Translations under genes and position numbers: made by a program
NCBI GenBank assembly: GCA_046498225.1
Contig: JAWOBF010000019.1
Span: forward strand, 1-61,280
Length of the DNA: 61,280 bases
Direction of reading: 5' to 3'
Origin: Candidatus Aegiribacteria sp.
Lineage (GTDB): Bacteria; Fermentibacterota; Fermentibacteria; Fermentibacterales; JCC-6
Notes under the pieces: generated by a model
The model's database searches: none
What the model was told of the DNA's origin: nothing
The model's input: the letters and a program-made list of their open reading frames with translations, nothing else
Shown here: piece after piece, positions 36,207-46,079 of the stretch
How positions within the stretch are numbered: the stretch's first letter is position 1
Layout: every line of letters starts with the position of its first letter

Positions 36207-37268
36207 ATGAACCGTATGAATACAGCGGAGCGGACAGGAACAACTGGTTTCATTGCCCTTCTGGTAACCGGACTGGCGCTTTCGGCCATGTCATGCATAG
36301 ACGACCCGCCCACTCACCCTGAGATAAACGAGTACCAGTCGTACCTGGACCTGGTCTGGGAACTCTACGACCAGAAGTACGTGGGTTTCGACGGAAAGGA
36401 TGCGGACTGGGACCAGATACATGAACAGTACTCCCAGATGGCCGCTTCGGCGGATTCCACCGATGAACTCATGGAGGTGGTGGTGCAGATGGTGGGAGAG
36501 CTGCATGACAGGAACGCTTTCCTGGTCAGCGGAAACTCGGTGGTTCCCGCATGGGGATACGGTTTCGAGACCAACTATGATGATTCGGCGCTGATGGATT
36601 ACCTTGAACCATGGGATTTCCAGTGGGATTCGTCAGGCGGAGTGATGTGGGGCAGCTGCGTGATTGACACCATTCCCTACTTCGCCATCAATCATTTCGA
36701 CTACTTCTTCACCTTCCAGCACTTCAGGGACGAGTTCATAACGCATCTGGACGCGCCGGGAATGATAATCGACATCAGGATGAGCGACGGCGTTTCTCTC
36801 GTTCCCGCGGTTCAGCTGTGCGGACTGTTGACCGACCAGCCCATGGACGCCTTCCTGACACAGCACAGAACAGGCCCCGAACATGACGATCTCTCCCCCC
36901 TTGAACTGCATAATGTGAGCCCCAGGACCTGGGCGTTCACAAAACCGGTGGTCCTGCTGGCGGGAGAACAGAACATCGGCCCCGCCGAGGCGTTCTGCCA
37001 CGTCCTGTCACGAATGCCTCATGTCACCATCATGGGCGATACCACCGGCGGCGGAGGGAACACACCGGGATTCATGAACCAGCAGTACTGGCCGGTCTGG
37101 GACTTCTGGGAAATGACCTGCCCCTTCGCCAGGGTTCTCAAAGTAGATTCAACGTCCATCGAGGACAGCGGCATCCTGCCCGATATCTACGTCGAGGCCA
37201 CTCCGGCGGGAGAGGACCCGGTGCTGGAATACGCCCTGGAGTGGATAGCCGGGGAAACGGCTCCCTGA
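36207..37268 (+). CDS. S41 peptidase-like probable lipoprotein, degenerate active site
   Basis: IIDIR, KPVVLL, IGPAEAF (expected SAAE), TIMGDTTGGG, IEDSGILPD. Confidence 0.8.
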   Translation: MNRMNTAERTGTTGFIALLVTGLALSAMSCIDDPPTHPEINEYQSYLDLVWELYDQKYVGFDGKDADWDQIHEQYSQMAASADSTDELMEVVVQMVGELHDRNAFLVSGNSVVPAWGYGFETNYDDSALMDYLEPWDFQWDSSGGVMWGSCVIDTIPYFAINHFDYFFTFQHFRDEFITHLDAPGMIIDIRMSDGVSLVPAVQLCGLLTDQPMDAFLTQHRTGPEHDDLSPLELHNVSPRTWAFTKPVVLLAGEQNIGPAEAFCHVLSRMPHVTIMGDTTGGGGNTPGFMNQQYWPVWDFWEMTCPFARVLKVDSTSIEDSGILPDIYVEATPAGEDPVLEYALEWIAGETAP

Positions 37269-37275
37269 TAACATC

Positions 37276-38319
37276 TTAATCGGAAGTCAGAACGATTATG
37301 TACTCTCCGTTCCCCGGGGAGATGATGTCCCTGGGAAAGCCGTCCAGTTCAATAACCGCCTCCAGTTCCGGGTCCAGGTAGGACTGGATGAAACTGAAGA
37401 CGGTGACCACTGTATTTCCAGAATCGGTCCTGCTAAGTGCCGAGAGCATGCCGGCGTATCCGATGGACGGATTGAAGCAGAGGTCCACCGGATGTCCTTG
37501 CACTTCTTCGGTGGTAAGCTCCACAGTCTCCGGGTCGACGTACCCCCTGGCAAGGCAGATGTATCCATTGTTCCCGCTCCACTGCGGACAGGCGATGGCG
37601 AATGAGGAATCTATTCCGAACGGCTGCACTCTGGAGCAGGGCGACCCCGCTTCTATGATCAGCTTTCTGGGATACTCCTCCGAATAGTCCAGCCAGAGGT
37701 CGTATATGCTTCCCTGCTGGTCCGAGCAGACCACAACCACGTGTTTCCCTCCGGCGGGTTCCACCATTATATCGGCGGGAGCAGCCTGGAGACCCGCGTT
37801 GAAGCCTGTATGGTTGTCACCTGTCCATATTTCACCGATGTAGCTTCCCGCTCCATCCGCGAAATAGAGCCTCGGCCGGCTGGTAGAAGCGGATATTGCG
37901 ACCGGGTCGGCTCCCGGCGTGAAACCGTCCACCACCTCATCCGCGTCCAGGTCCACTTCCAGAACCTGTGAACCGGGTCCCAGGACGTAGAGGCTGCCGT
38001 TGCCGGCACGTGCGGCATCACTGTAACCGGTTCCCGAACTGCCGCCTATGCTGTAGGAGGTGTCCACGGCCATCTGCGAGGAATCTATCCTGTACAGGAC
38101 ACCGTCGGAGGCTACAAGGACCAGTTTCCCCGGTCCGCCCCCCGCAAGGAGCCTCCCCAGCTCGAAACCACCCATGGTTCTCTCCACCTGCAGGTCCGAG
38201 GTTCGAATGAAAGTGATGCTGGAGCTGTAGACACTGCCGAACTCGGTGACCTGGTGGCAGCCGGCCGCGAAGACCGCGACCATGAGAGCCAGACACAGGG
38301 CCATCTCCTTCATATCCAC
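37276..38319 (-). CDS. Lipoprotein, probable beta-propeller (YncE-like)
   Basis: AAGC lipobox-like; repeated beta-blade pattern; paralog of next gene. Confidence 0.8.
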   Translation of the reverse strand: MDMKEMALCLALMVAVFAAGCHQVTEFGSVYSSSITFIRTSDLQVERTMGGFELGRLLAGGGPGKLVLVASDGVLYRIDSSQMAVDTSYSIGGSSGTGYSDAARAGNGSLYVLGPGSQVLEVDLDADEVVDGFTPGADPVAISASTSRPRLYFADGAGSYIGEIWTGDNHTGFNAGLQAAPADIMVEPAGGKHVVVVCSDQQGSIYDLWLDYSEEYPRKLIIEAGSPCSRVQPFGIDSSFAIACPQWSGNNGYICLARGYVDPETVELTTEEVQGHPVDLCFNPSIGYAGMLSALSRTDSGNTVVTVFSFIQSYLDPELEAVIELDGFPRDIISPGNGEYIIVLTSD

Positions 38320-38320
38320 C

Positions 38321-39358
38321 TTACTCAGAGGTGAGAACGATTATGTACTCGCCGTTCCCCGGAGAGATGATATCCCTGGGAAAGCCGTCCAGTTCTATCA
38401 CCGCTTCCAGCTCCGGGTCCATATGGGAGAGGGTGAAGCCGAAGACGGTGACCGCGGTATTCCCGGAATCCGTTCTGCTAAGGGCGGAAAGCTGGCCGGC
38501 GTAACCGGAACTCCCGTTGAAGGACATGGCCACGGGATGCCCCTCTACCATGACTGTAACCGGTCCAACGGTGCTGTCTGGTTGGACGTATCCCCTGAAG
38601 AGCCTTAGATATCCGTTGTCGGAGTTCCACCGGGGGCAGCTTACGGCGAAGGTCGAATCGGATGTCATGGGGATGATGTCCGAGCACGGAGACCCGGCGG
38701 ACACTGTCATTCGCCTGGCACTGGTGGAGGGGCTGCTGAGCCATATGCTGTAGAGCGACCCGGAGCTGTTGGCCCCCGCAGCAACGATGTACTCGCCTCC
38801 GGTGGGCTCCACCATCACGTCGGCAAGGGGACAGTATGTTTCGCTCTCGAACCCGGTAGCGTTGCTGCCGGTGTATATCTCACCGATGTAGTCATCTGCC
38901 GTATCCACGAAATATAGCCTGGGCAGGAAGGGGCTGGGCGCCAGGGCTCCGGGATTCGATCCGGGGGTGAAATTGTCCTTCACGGTGCTTGTCCCCAGGT
39001 CCACCTCCATTACCTGGGAACCGGGACCGAGGACGTAGAGGTTGCCGTTGCCGGCGTGCACCGCGTCGTCGTATCCGGTACCGGAGCTTCCGCCGATGGA
39101 GTAGGAGGTGTCGACCGAAAGCGTCTCCATGTCTATCATGTGCAGGGTACCCTCTGAACTCAGCAGGGTCAGTCCATTGGATCCGTGGGAAATGATGGTC
39201 CTGCCGCCGGGAAATCCCTCCATCGTCCTCTCCACCTGAAGGTCCGAGGTCCTTATAAAGATCAGGCTGGAGGAAACGCCGCCCTGGTATTCTGTTACCT
39301 GGTGGCATCCGATGAGAAGGAACAGAGGAGCGCATAAGAGGAGCGGAAGCAGTCTCAT
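38321..39358 (-). CDS. Lipoprotein, probable beta-propeller, tandem paralog
   Basis: LIGC lipobox; CHQVTE start; C-terminus nearly identical to 37276-38319. Confidence 0.8.
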   Translation of the reverse strand: MRLLPLLLCAPLFLLIGCHQVTEYQGGVSSSLIFIRTSDLQVERTMEGFPGGRTIISHGSNGLTLLSSEGTLHMIDMETLSVDTSYSIGGSSGTGYDDAVHAGNGNLYVLGPGSQVMEVDLGTSTVKDNFTPGSNPGALAPSPFLPRLYFVDTADDYIGEIYTGSNATGFESETYCPLADVMVEPTGGEYIVAAGANSSGSLYSIWLSSPSTSARRMTVSAGSPCSDIIPMTSDSTFAVSCPRWNSDNGYLRLFRGYVQPDSTVGPVTVMVEGHPVAMSFNGSSGYAGQLSALSRTDSGNTAVTVFGFTLSHMDPELEAVIELDGFPRDIISPGNGEYIIVLTSE

Positions 39359-39377
39359 AAGAATATCCTCCAGACCT

Positions 39378-42056
39378 TTAGAAGTATACGTCCAGGCTCA
39401 GCATGAAGTGCCTGGCGGGCGCGTACGCGCCGGGGTTGACCAGAGGTCCTCCGGGCTCTCCTGTACTCTGGTAATATCCGGTGTCGAATATTCTGTCGAT
39501 ATTCGTCCTGTTGAAAAGGTTGAAGACGGAGATGCTCGCCCTGAACTCCACCGGATCCGCCCAGAACCGCCGGGAGACTTTCATATCGGTCCGCATGGTC
39601 CACGGGTAACGCTCCGTGTTGACCCTGGGGATCTGGGACGCGCCGGAAGGGGGAGAATAGGGGAACCCGCTTCCGTAGGTCCAGTCCACACCCACCTCAA
39701 GTCCTTCCACCGGATGGAAGCCGCCTATCCAGGGACCCGCCCCCCTGGGTACGGCGTAGTTCAGGTGAACTGAGGCGGTATGTGTCTGGTCCCAGTCCAG
39801 GTAATTGTCTTCCCCGGGGGGAATGGTGTCCCCCTCTACGGTGAACTGGTACTGGGCCGTTGCCGAGGAGTACCTGCCCTTGGCCACCGAATATGTGTAG
39901 TTGACGCTTCCGGAGAGGTAATCCCCCGGCAGGCGGAGGAACGTGACCTCCATTCCACGCACGGAACCGTGGCTCTCATCGTTGGTGTACTGGAAGTAGT
40001 CGCCCAGCCCCTCGTCGTAATGGCTGGAAGTGCGGACCAGGCCTGTTATGTCCTTGTAGAAGCCCGATACAGCAAGGGATGAACGGTTGGTGAAGCGGTG
40101 CCTGAGGCCGGCTTCGTAACTGTTCGTCCTCTGGGCCTCCAGGTCGGGGTTGCCGACGATGGCCGCGGTTTCCGATACATTGTAGTCGGTTCCGAAGTAG
40201 AGCTGGTTCATGTTGGGCATCTGGAAGTAGTGGCCGTAGGTGCAGAAGAAAACATCCCTGTCGGAGATGGGGTTGGTCATGCCTATGCGTGGACTGATCT
40301 GGTATTTCGCCGAAGCGTCCCTGAGGGAGAGGTCCTCCGCGGTCATTACCGTGGCATTGGGCTGGAAGTAGTCGAAGCGGAGGCCGGTGTTAAGCACCAG
40401 GCCCCCGGTGAAACGGGAGGACAGCTCAGCGTAGGCCGCGCCTGACCAGGGGTAAGCCTTCCACAGGCTGGAATATGTAGTGAGCCAGTCCTCGACGAAC
40501 GCGCTGTAGTCGTACAGGTCGAAGTAGTTCGCCTCCAGTCCGGCCGACAGTTCCATTATGGGGTTCAGCTTGCCTGTGTAATCCAGCTTGCCGGTGGTTA
40601 CGTAGTTGCTTGATTCCAGCCACACGTCCGGATGGATGCCGGAGTGGTAAAAACCCACCGAATCCTCGACCCTGGGCTCGAAAGCCGTGTAGAATATCCA
40701 GTCGGAGGGAGTGAAGTTCTCTCCAACGTACCCTCCCTCCCGGTCCCGTATCCTCTGCCACTGGCAGAAACGGTTCCAGCTCAGTCTCAGGTCCACGAAG
40801 GATCTCTCTCCCAGCATCTGCGTAAGGCCCGCGGTTACGCCGTAATCCTCCTCGAATCTTATCGGAAGTGCATTATCGGGATTGCGCGCGAGGTAGGGCT
40901 CATCATCTATGTAAGCCTGGTGGTCGTAAAGTGACCATGTCCACTCGTCCCACCCGTTCTGCCTGTAGTAATAGTGGCCGTTCACCCATACCCGGGTCCT
41001 TCCTGAGGGCCGCCAGGTCAGCTTCCCGCTGCCCGAGAGGAGGTTCTGCCAGTTGTTCTCCCAGTTGTCCCGGCTGTCCTCGAGGTCGTAACCGCTCCTC
41101 ATCCACTCCGCGGCGCCGAAGAACCGTACCTCACCCGGCACGTTTATGCCTATGGCCGGCAGAAGGTAGGTCGTTACCGGTTCAGGCCCTCCGAAGGCAA
41201 GTTCGCAGTTGATGGCTTCGCTTCTGTAATTGTCGTTCTCCGACGGCTCGGAGTAGTTCCTTGTCTCACTCTCGTAGCCGAAGACCGTCATGTCGCCGTG
41301 CCGGACGTGAAACTCGCCCCGGTAATCCGGGCCGCCCTCCCTGGTCACCATGTTGACTACCCCGGACATGGCGTTCCCGTAGCGGGCGCTTAGCCCTCCG
41401 GTCGTTATGCTGGCCTCCGAGAGAGCGGAAAGCGGAACGCTGGATACGAAGGCGTTGGTTACCGGTGACCGCATGGATACGCCGTCCAGCAGAAACGCCA
41501 CCTCGCCGGACCTTCCTCCCCTTACATGTATCTCCCCGCCCTGGGCGGTGATGCCGGGCTGTCGCTGGACGATGTCCAGAACTCCAGCCACCTGCATGGT
41601 CTCTATCTCGTACCGGTCGATGACGTGTATCGTAGAGGGAACGTTTTCAAGTATGAGATTCCTCTGCTCGGTAACCTGTATGACGGTGGTTCCCGAGGCA
41701 GCCTCCTCGAGGGCGAAATCGATGCGGGTGGTCTGGTCCGAGACCACCATTACGCCCTCCTTGGTGACCGAGCCCATTCCCACCATCCTGGCCGTCACGC
41801 TGTACGTACCAGGTGATAGCCGTGGAATGTAGTACTCGCCCCCCGCGTCGGTCATGGTCCCAAAGGGAGTCCCTTCGATGGTTACGGTTGCCCCCACCAG
41901 TCCTTCCCCTGAACCGGTGCTGACGACACCGGCAATAGTGCCGGTAGTGGCCGCGAGCACGAATCCGGGTGCCAGCAGGAGCAGGGCAAGGTACCCGGCA
42001 GTGAGAATACTCCGGACAGGATAACGTCTCCCGTCACATTCGATGTCTGGGGTCAT
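39378..42056 (-). CDS. TonB-dependent receptor with N-terminal carboxypeptidase-regulatory-like domain
   Basis: TTGTIAG...GATV...PGTY; plug HVRGGRSGEVAFLLDG, GGLSARYGNAMSGVVN; GLRFDY, SPRIG, GNPDL; terminal Phe. Confidence 0.92.
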   Translation of the reverse strand: MTPDIECDGRRYPVRSILTAGYLALLLLAPGFVLAATTGTIAGVVSTGSGEGLVGATVTIEGTPFGTMTDAGGEYYIPRLSPGTYSVTARMVGMGSVTKEGVMVVSDQTTRIDFALEEAASGTTVIQVTEQRNLILENVPSTIHVIDRYEIETMQVAGVLDIVQRQPGITAQGGEIHVRGGRSGEVAFLLDGVSMRSPVTNAFVSSVPLSALSEASITTGGLSARYGNAMSGVVNMVTREGGPDYRGEFHVRHGDMTVFGYESETRNYSEPSENDNYRSEAINCELAFGGPEPVTTYLLPAIGINVPGEVRFFGAAEWMRSGYDLEDSRDNWENNWQNLLSGSGKLTWRPSGRTRVWVNGHYYYRQNGWDEWTWSLYDHQAYIDDEPYLARNPDNALPIRFEEDYGVTAGLTQMLGERSFVDLRLSWNRFCQWQRIRDREGGYVGENFTPSDWIFYTAFEPRVEDSVGFYHSGIHPDVWLESSNYVTTGKLDYTGKLNPIMELSAGLEANYFDLYDYSAFVEDWLTTYSSLWKAYPWSGAAYAELSSRFTGGLVLNTGLRFDYFQPNATVMTAEDLSLRDASAKYQISPRIGMTNPISDRDVFFCTYGHYFQMPNMNQLYFGTDYNVSETAAIVGNPDLEAQRTNSYEAGLRHRFTNRSSLAVSGFYKDITGLVRTSSHYDEGLGDYFQYTNDESHGSVRGMEVTFLRLPGDYLSGSVNYTYSVAKGRYSSATAQYQFTVEGDTIPPGEDNYLDWDQTHTASVHLNYAVPRGAGPWIGGFHPVEGLEVGVDWTYGSGFPYSPPSGASQIPRVNTERYPWTMRTDMKVSRRFWADPVEFRASISVFNLFNRTNIDRIFDTGYYQSTGEPGGPLVNPGAYAPARHFMLSLDVYF

Positions 42057-42149
42057 GCTTTCACCTTTCACGGGGTCCGTTGTATCAGGTCGGTTTTACC
42101 GGAACTTATTCCGGGTATGCCTCCATGTCCATGGTTCGCATATATGGTC

Positions 42150-44834
42150 TCACTGCTTCAGGTCCTTCCGCACGTGTACCTCTCCGCTGGACCTGTCGTG
42201 GGAAACCCTGTATCCCCTGGTTTCGAAGAGATGGATCATCCTGGTGTTGTCCACCGTTGTCTGAGCGACTATCCTGGACAGACCCCAGTCCCGCGCAATG
42301 TTCTCGCAGTACTCCGTTACTATCCCGCCCAGTCCCCTGTTCTGCCATTTGTCATCTACCAGAATCGCGTACTCGACGGACTCCAGGTCCGGGTCGGCAA
42401 CCAGCCTTCCGATGGCGTGGATCGATCTTGCGCCTTCCATCTCCGTCTCCGCCACAATGGCTATCTCACGGTCGTAATCTATGTAACAGTATCTGGCCGC
42501 CGCCTCGTGATTGGCCCAGTTGTAGAAGAAGCCGAACCTGGAATAGATGGACTCCCGCGAACAGCTGCCCAGCATCTCCATCCACATCGGTTCGTCCTCC
42601 GGTTTGATGGGCCGCAGCAGCACCTCCGTCCCGTCCCTCAGGGTCCGACCGGTAACGTACTCCGCAGGGTAGGGCCTCAGTGCCAGATGGTCGTACGAAC
42701 GGTCCAGTCCCACTCCGGGAGTTACGGAAACCCTTGCGTCCAGGGCCAGTATCTCACTGGAACAGCAAAGGAGGGGATTGATGTCGATCTCTACTATCTC
42801 CGGATTGTCACAGACCAGATATGAGAACCTCATCATAACCTTCTTAAGGAGTTCCACGTCCACCGGGGGCCTGCCCCTGAAACCGTCCAGCAGAGGGAAC
42901 ACCTTCAGAGATCTCAGCATCCTGTCGGCCAGATGCTCGTTGAGAGGAGGGAAGCCCAGTGCGGTATCACCCCATATCTCCGTGGCTACGCCTCCCCTGC
43001 CGACCATTATGACCGAACCGAATAGAGGGTCCTTCCTTGCCCCAAGTATCATCTCGGTCCCCTGGCGGACCATGGCCATCCTCTGCACAGAAATTCCCGA
43101 TATCTCGGCCACCGGCGCCCTGTCCGCCACGCTGGACATGATGCCCCTCCAGGCATCCTCCAGAGCCTCCCGGCAGTCTATGTTCACCGCCACTCCCCCG
43201 ACCTCGGTCTTGTGGGTGATGTCCGGGGAATGGACCTTAAGCACCACGGGGTAACCTATGTCAGAAGCGATGGAAACCGCCTCCTCCGGCGATCGGGCCA
43301 GTATGGGCATGGTGACGGGTATCCCGTACAGCTGAAGCAGTCTCTTGGATTCGATCTCGGAGAGAATGGAATCCTCCTTCGGAATGATGGAGAGGAATTC
43401 CTGCCTGATTCCCTGCTGGTCTCCCGGGAAGTCGGCCATGATATCCCTGGGCGTCTCGTAGAGATCCTGGAGATTGTCGGCGTAGTCCACCAGTGTCATG
43501 AAGGCCCGCACGGCCTGCTCGGGAGTGCTGTAGGTGGCCACGCCTGCATCCACCAGCATGCTCATCGAACCTCTGACGCTCTCCCCCCCCAGCCAGGCTG
43601 CGAGTACCGGTTTCCTTGTGCTTTCGACAAGCCCGCCTATCCTGGCGGCGACCCTGTCCGGTCTGGTCATGGCCTGAGGGGTCAGTATCACCAGCAGGGC
43701 ATCTACTCCGCCGTCATCCAGCAGGATCCTTGCCGCTTTCAGGTACCTCTTGGAATTAGCGTCCCCCAGAACATCCACCGGGTTCCTTCCGGACCAGAAG
43801 GGAGGAAGGAACGAATCAAGGGCTTCGACACTCTCAGGCGAGAGCTCGGCCAGTTCTCCACCCAGTTCTACCAGAGTGTCCACCGCCATCACCCCCGGTC
43901 CCCCGGCGTTGGTCACTATTCCCAGCCTGGGTCCGCGGGGATACCTGTTTCTTCCGATGAGTTCCACGCAGTCGAATATCTCCCCTATGTTCAGGACCCT
44001 TGCCATTCCGGCCCTTCTGAAGGCAGCGTCGTATACAGCGTCTTCGGATGCCATTGCGCCGGTGTGGGACGCGGCCACCGCGGCGGACTGGGGAAAACGG
44101 CCCGCTTTGTAGACGATGATCGGCTTGGTCCTGGCGAATGCTCGGGTTGCGGTCATGAACTTTCTCGCGTCTCTGATCGATTCTATGTAGAGGATTATGG
44201 CGTCGGTCTTCTCGTCCTCACCGAAGTAGTCTATCAGGTCTGCGAAATCAATATCGATGGCATTGCCGATGGACACGAAGTACGAGAAACCGATTTTCTT
44301 GTCCCTGGCCCAGTCCAGCACGGAGGTGCACAGCGCTCCCGACTGGGAAATGAACGCCACGCTTCCCTGAGCAGGGATGCCGCTGGCGAAGCTGGCGTTG
44401 AGTTTGATGCCGGGGACTATGATACCCAGGCAGTTCGGTCCCAGCACTCTCATGTCCGGATATTTCTCCAGCTGCTCCCGAAGCCCCCGGGAGAGCTCCT
44501 CTCCCCGGGGTCCCGATTCCTCGAAGCCGGCTGACATCACTATGACCCCATTCACTCCAAGCTCTCCGCATTCCGCCAGGATGTCAGCCACTTTCTCAGC
44601 CGGTGTGCATATGATGACCAGGTCCGGGGTCCTGGGCACAGAGTCCAGACCGGGATAGCAGGGCACCCCCATGATGGCCTCACTTACAGGGTTCACCGGG
44701 TACACGACACCACGGAAGGCGCCTCCGATGAGATTGGTCAGGACTTTCCCTCCCACACTGTTGGGATTGATGGTTACCCCTGCCAGTGCTATCCGCTTAG
44801 GGTTAAGCAGCTTGTCGAGTCCGTGAACGCTCAT
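42150..44834 (-). CDS. ADP-forming acyl-CoA synthetase-like plus GNAT fusion (Pat/PatZ-type lysine acetyltransferase)
   Basis: LGPNCLG, SQSGA, ASHTGA, TNAGG, NPVD, HKTEVGGV, DINPL; GNAT LRPIKPED, WQNRGLG; GGAGG RBS before ATG 44834. Confidence 0.92.
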   Translation of the reverse strand: MSVHGLDKLLNPKRIALAGVTINPNSVGGKVLTNLIGGAFRGVVYPVNPVSEAIMGVPCYPGLDSVPRTPDLVIICTPAEKVADILAECGELGVNGVIVMSAGFEESGPRGEELSRGLREQLEKYPDMRVLGPNCLGIIVPGIKLNASFASGIPAQGSVAFISQSGALCTSVLDWARDKKIGFSYFVSIGNAIDIDFADLIDYFGEDEKTDAIILYIESIRDARKFMTATRAFARTKPIIVYKAGRFPQSAAVAASHTGAMASEDAVYDAAFRRAGMARVLNIGEIFDCVELIGRNRYPRGPRLGIVTNAGGPGVMAVDTLVELGGELAELSPESVEALDSFLPPFWSGRNPVDVLGDANSKRYLKAARILLDDGGVDALLVILTPQAMTRPDRVAARIGGLVESTRKPVLAAWLGGESVRGSMSMLVDAGVATYSTPEQAVRAFMTLVDYADNLQDLYETPRDIMADFPGDQQGIRQEFLSIIPKEDSILSEIESKRLLQLYGIPVTMPILARSPEEAVSIASDIGYPVVLKVHSPDITHKTEVGGVAVNIDCREALEDAWRGIMSSVADRAPVAEISGISVQRMAMVRQGTEMILGARKDPLFGSVIMVGRGGVATEIWGDTALGFPPLNEHLADRMLRSLKVFPLLDGFRGRPPVDVELLKKVMMRFSYLVCDNPEIVEIDINPLLCCSSEILALDARVSVTPGVGLDRSYDHLALRPYPAEYVTGRTLRDGTEVLLRPIKPEDEPMWMEMLGSCSRESIYSRFGFFYNWANHEAAARYCYIDYDREIAIVAETEMEGARSIHAIGRLVADPDLESVEYAILVDDKWQNRGLGGIVTEYCENIARDWGLSRIVAQTTVDNTRMIHLFETRGYRVSHDRSSGEVHVRKDLKQ

Positions 44835-44922
44835 GTAAGACCTCCTGGAGAGATAGTTCCGGACCATCAGAACCTTCATGGGGAGATAAGGAAAACATTC
44901 CTACCCTCTGAGATACCTGCCG

Positions 44923-45894
44923 TCAGTGCAGTGTCTTTATGCGAAGGGATTTGCGCATTTCGTTCAGAAGCCTGGACACTTCCGCCTTCTCTCTCAGCTC
45001 CTCGTAGGTAAGGAGTCTCAGCGTCCTGTTGGCCATACCCAGCCTTCTCGCCAGAAGGCTTCCAAGGCCCAGGCAGAGGCTTACGGCCATCAGACTGTTC
45101 CGCTCCAGGAGTTCACGGAGAGTATCCCTGGAGAACATAAGTATCTCAGCGCTCCCCAAGGCTTTAGCCGTATCTACCCTTGGCTTTCCGTCAATGAAGG
45201 ATTTCTCTCCCACAGCGTCGTTCGCTCCGAAGCTGCCAAGGACAAAGCCGTCGGCGCTCTCGTCCACCACCGCAACTTCGCCCTTGCGGATTATAAAGAG
45301 GTCGGTGGTCCTTTCACCCTGGCGGTACAGCACCTGGTCCTTTCTGGCGTAGATCCAGTGACATATCTCGGAAAGGACAGGATCGTCCGCCGACAGCAGG
45401 GGTTTCATGTTGCGGGCCCTGATGTCCGCTCTCAGTTTCTGTAGTTCGCGCCTTCCGCTCAGATCCTGATCACCTGAGATGAGTACCCTCAGCGAATCAG
45501 CCTTTCTCAGCCTCTCTACCATGAACCGCTCCAGGAAAAGAAGGAATTTCGTGCCGGGGACGGGCTGATTCCTCAGGAATTCCACAAAGGGTTCACGCGA
45601 CAGTTTAAGTAGCTTTCCCTGCACGTTGGACCTAACCGTTGCCGAGCGGGGTTCGCCACCGAGGAATGCCATCTCGCCGAAAACGTCGCCCTCGTCCAGC
45701 GAATCGATTATCCTCCCGCCGCCCTTGTCATCTACAACCACCAGCTGACCCTCTTCGACAACGAAGAGATCGGTCCCGGTATCGCCCTGTTTAACCACCT
45801 TTTCCGATTCACTCACTTCAACTTCTTCAAAGAGGTCCCTTAAACCACTCTCGGAGAGAATGTCCTCGGTATCGAAAAGAAATTCCTTTTTCAT
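44923..45894 (-). CDS. Tandem cyclic-nucleotide-binding domain protein (no HTH)
   Basis: FGEMAFLGGEPRSATV and VGEKSFIDGKPRVDTA cassettes. Confidence 0.88.
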   Translation of the reverse strand: MKKEFLFDTEDILSESGLRDLFEEVEVSESEKVVKQGDTGTDLFVVEEGQLVVVDDKGGGRIIDSLDEGDVFGEMAFLGGEPRSATVRSNVQGKLLKLSREPFVEFLRNQPVPGTKFLLFLERFMVERLRKADSLRVLISGDQDLSGRRELQKLRADIRARNMKPLLSADDPVLSEICHWIYARKDQVLYRQGERTTDLFIIRKGEVAVVDESADGFVLGSFGANDAVGEKSFIDGKPRVDTAKALGSAEILMFSRDTLRELLERNSLMAVSLCLGLGSLLARRLGMANRTLRLLTYEELREKAEVSRLLNEMRKSLRIKTLH

Positions 45895-45989
45895 GGATAC
45901 CTCTCAACCGTACTTCCAAACCAACTGCCGGTCGAAATGACCGCAATGCGGCCCTCACCGCCGGCAGGACAACTCACCCAACATTAAGG

Positions 45990-46019
45990 ACAATACCTTG
46001 GAAAACCTGTCCTTGTCAA
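45990..46019 (-). promoter_or_regulatory. Sigma70-type promoter overlapped by AAGGACA/TGTCCTT dyad
   Basis: Minus strand TTGACA-N18-TATTGT. Confidence 0.5.
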
Positions 46020-46079
46020 ACTTCGACAATGCTTCAGGGGGTTGTTCAGGAATTCTTCCGGATGACCTGGAAAGGCGGA

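Noticed and set aside
37280-38480. Direct DNA repeats as a mobile element or misassembly
   Set aside because: They are the 3' ends of paralogous genes with synonymous differences
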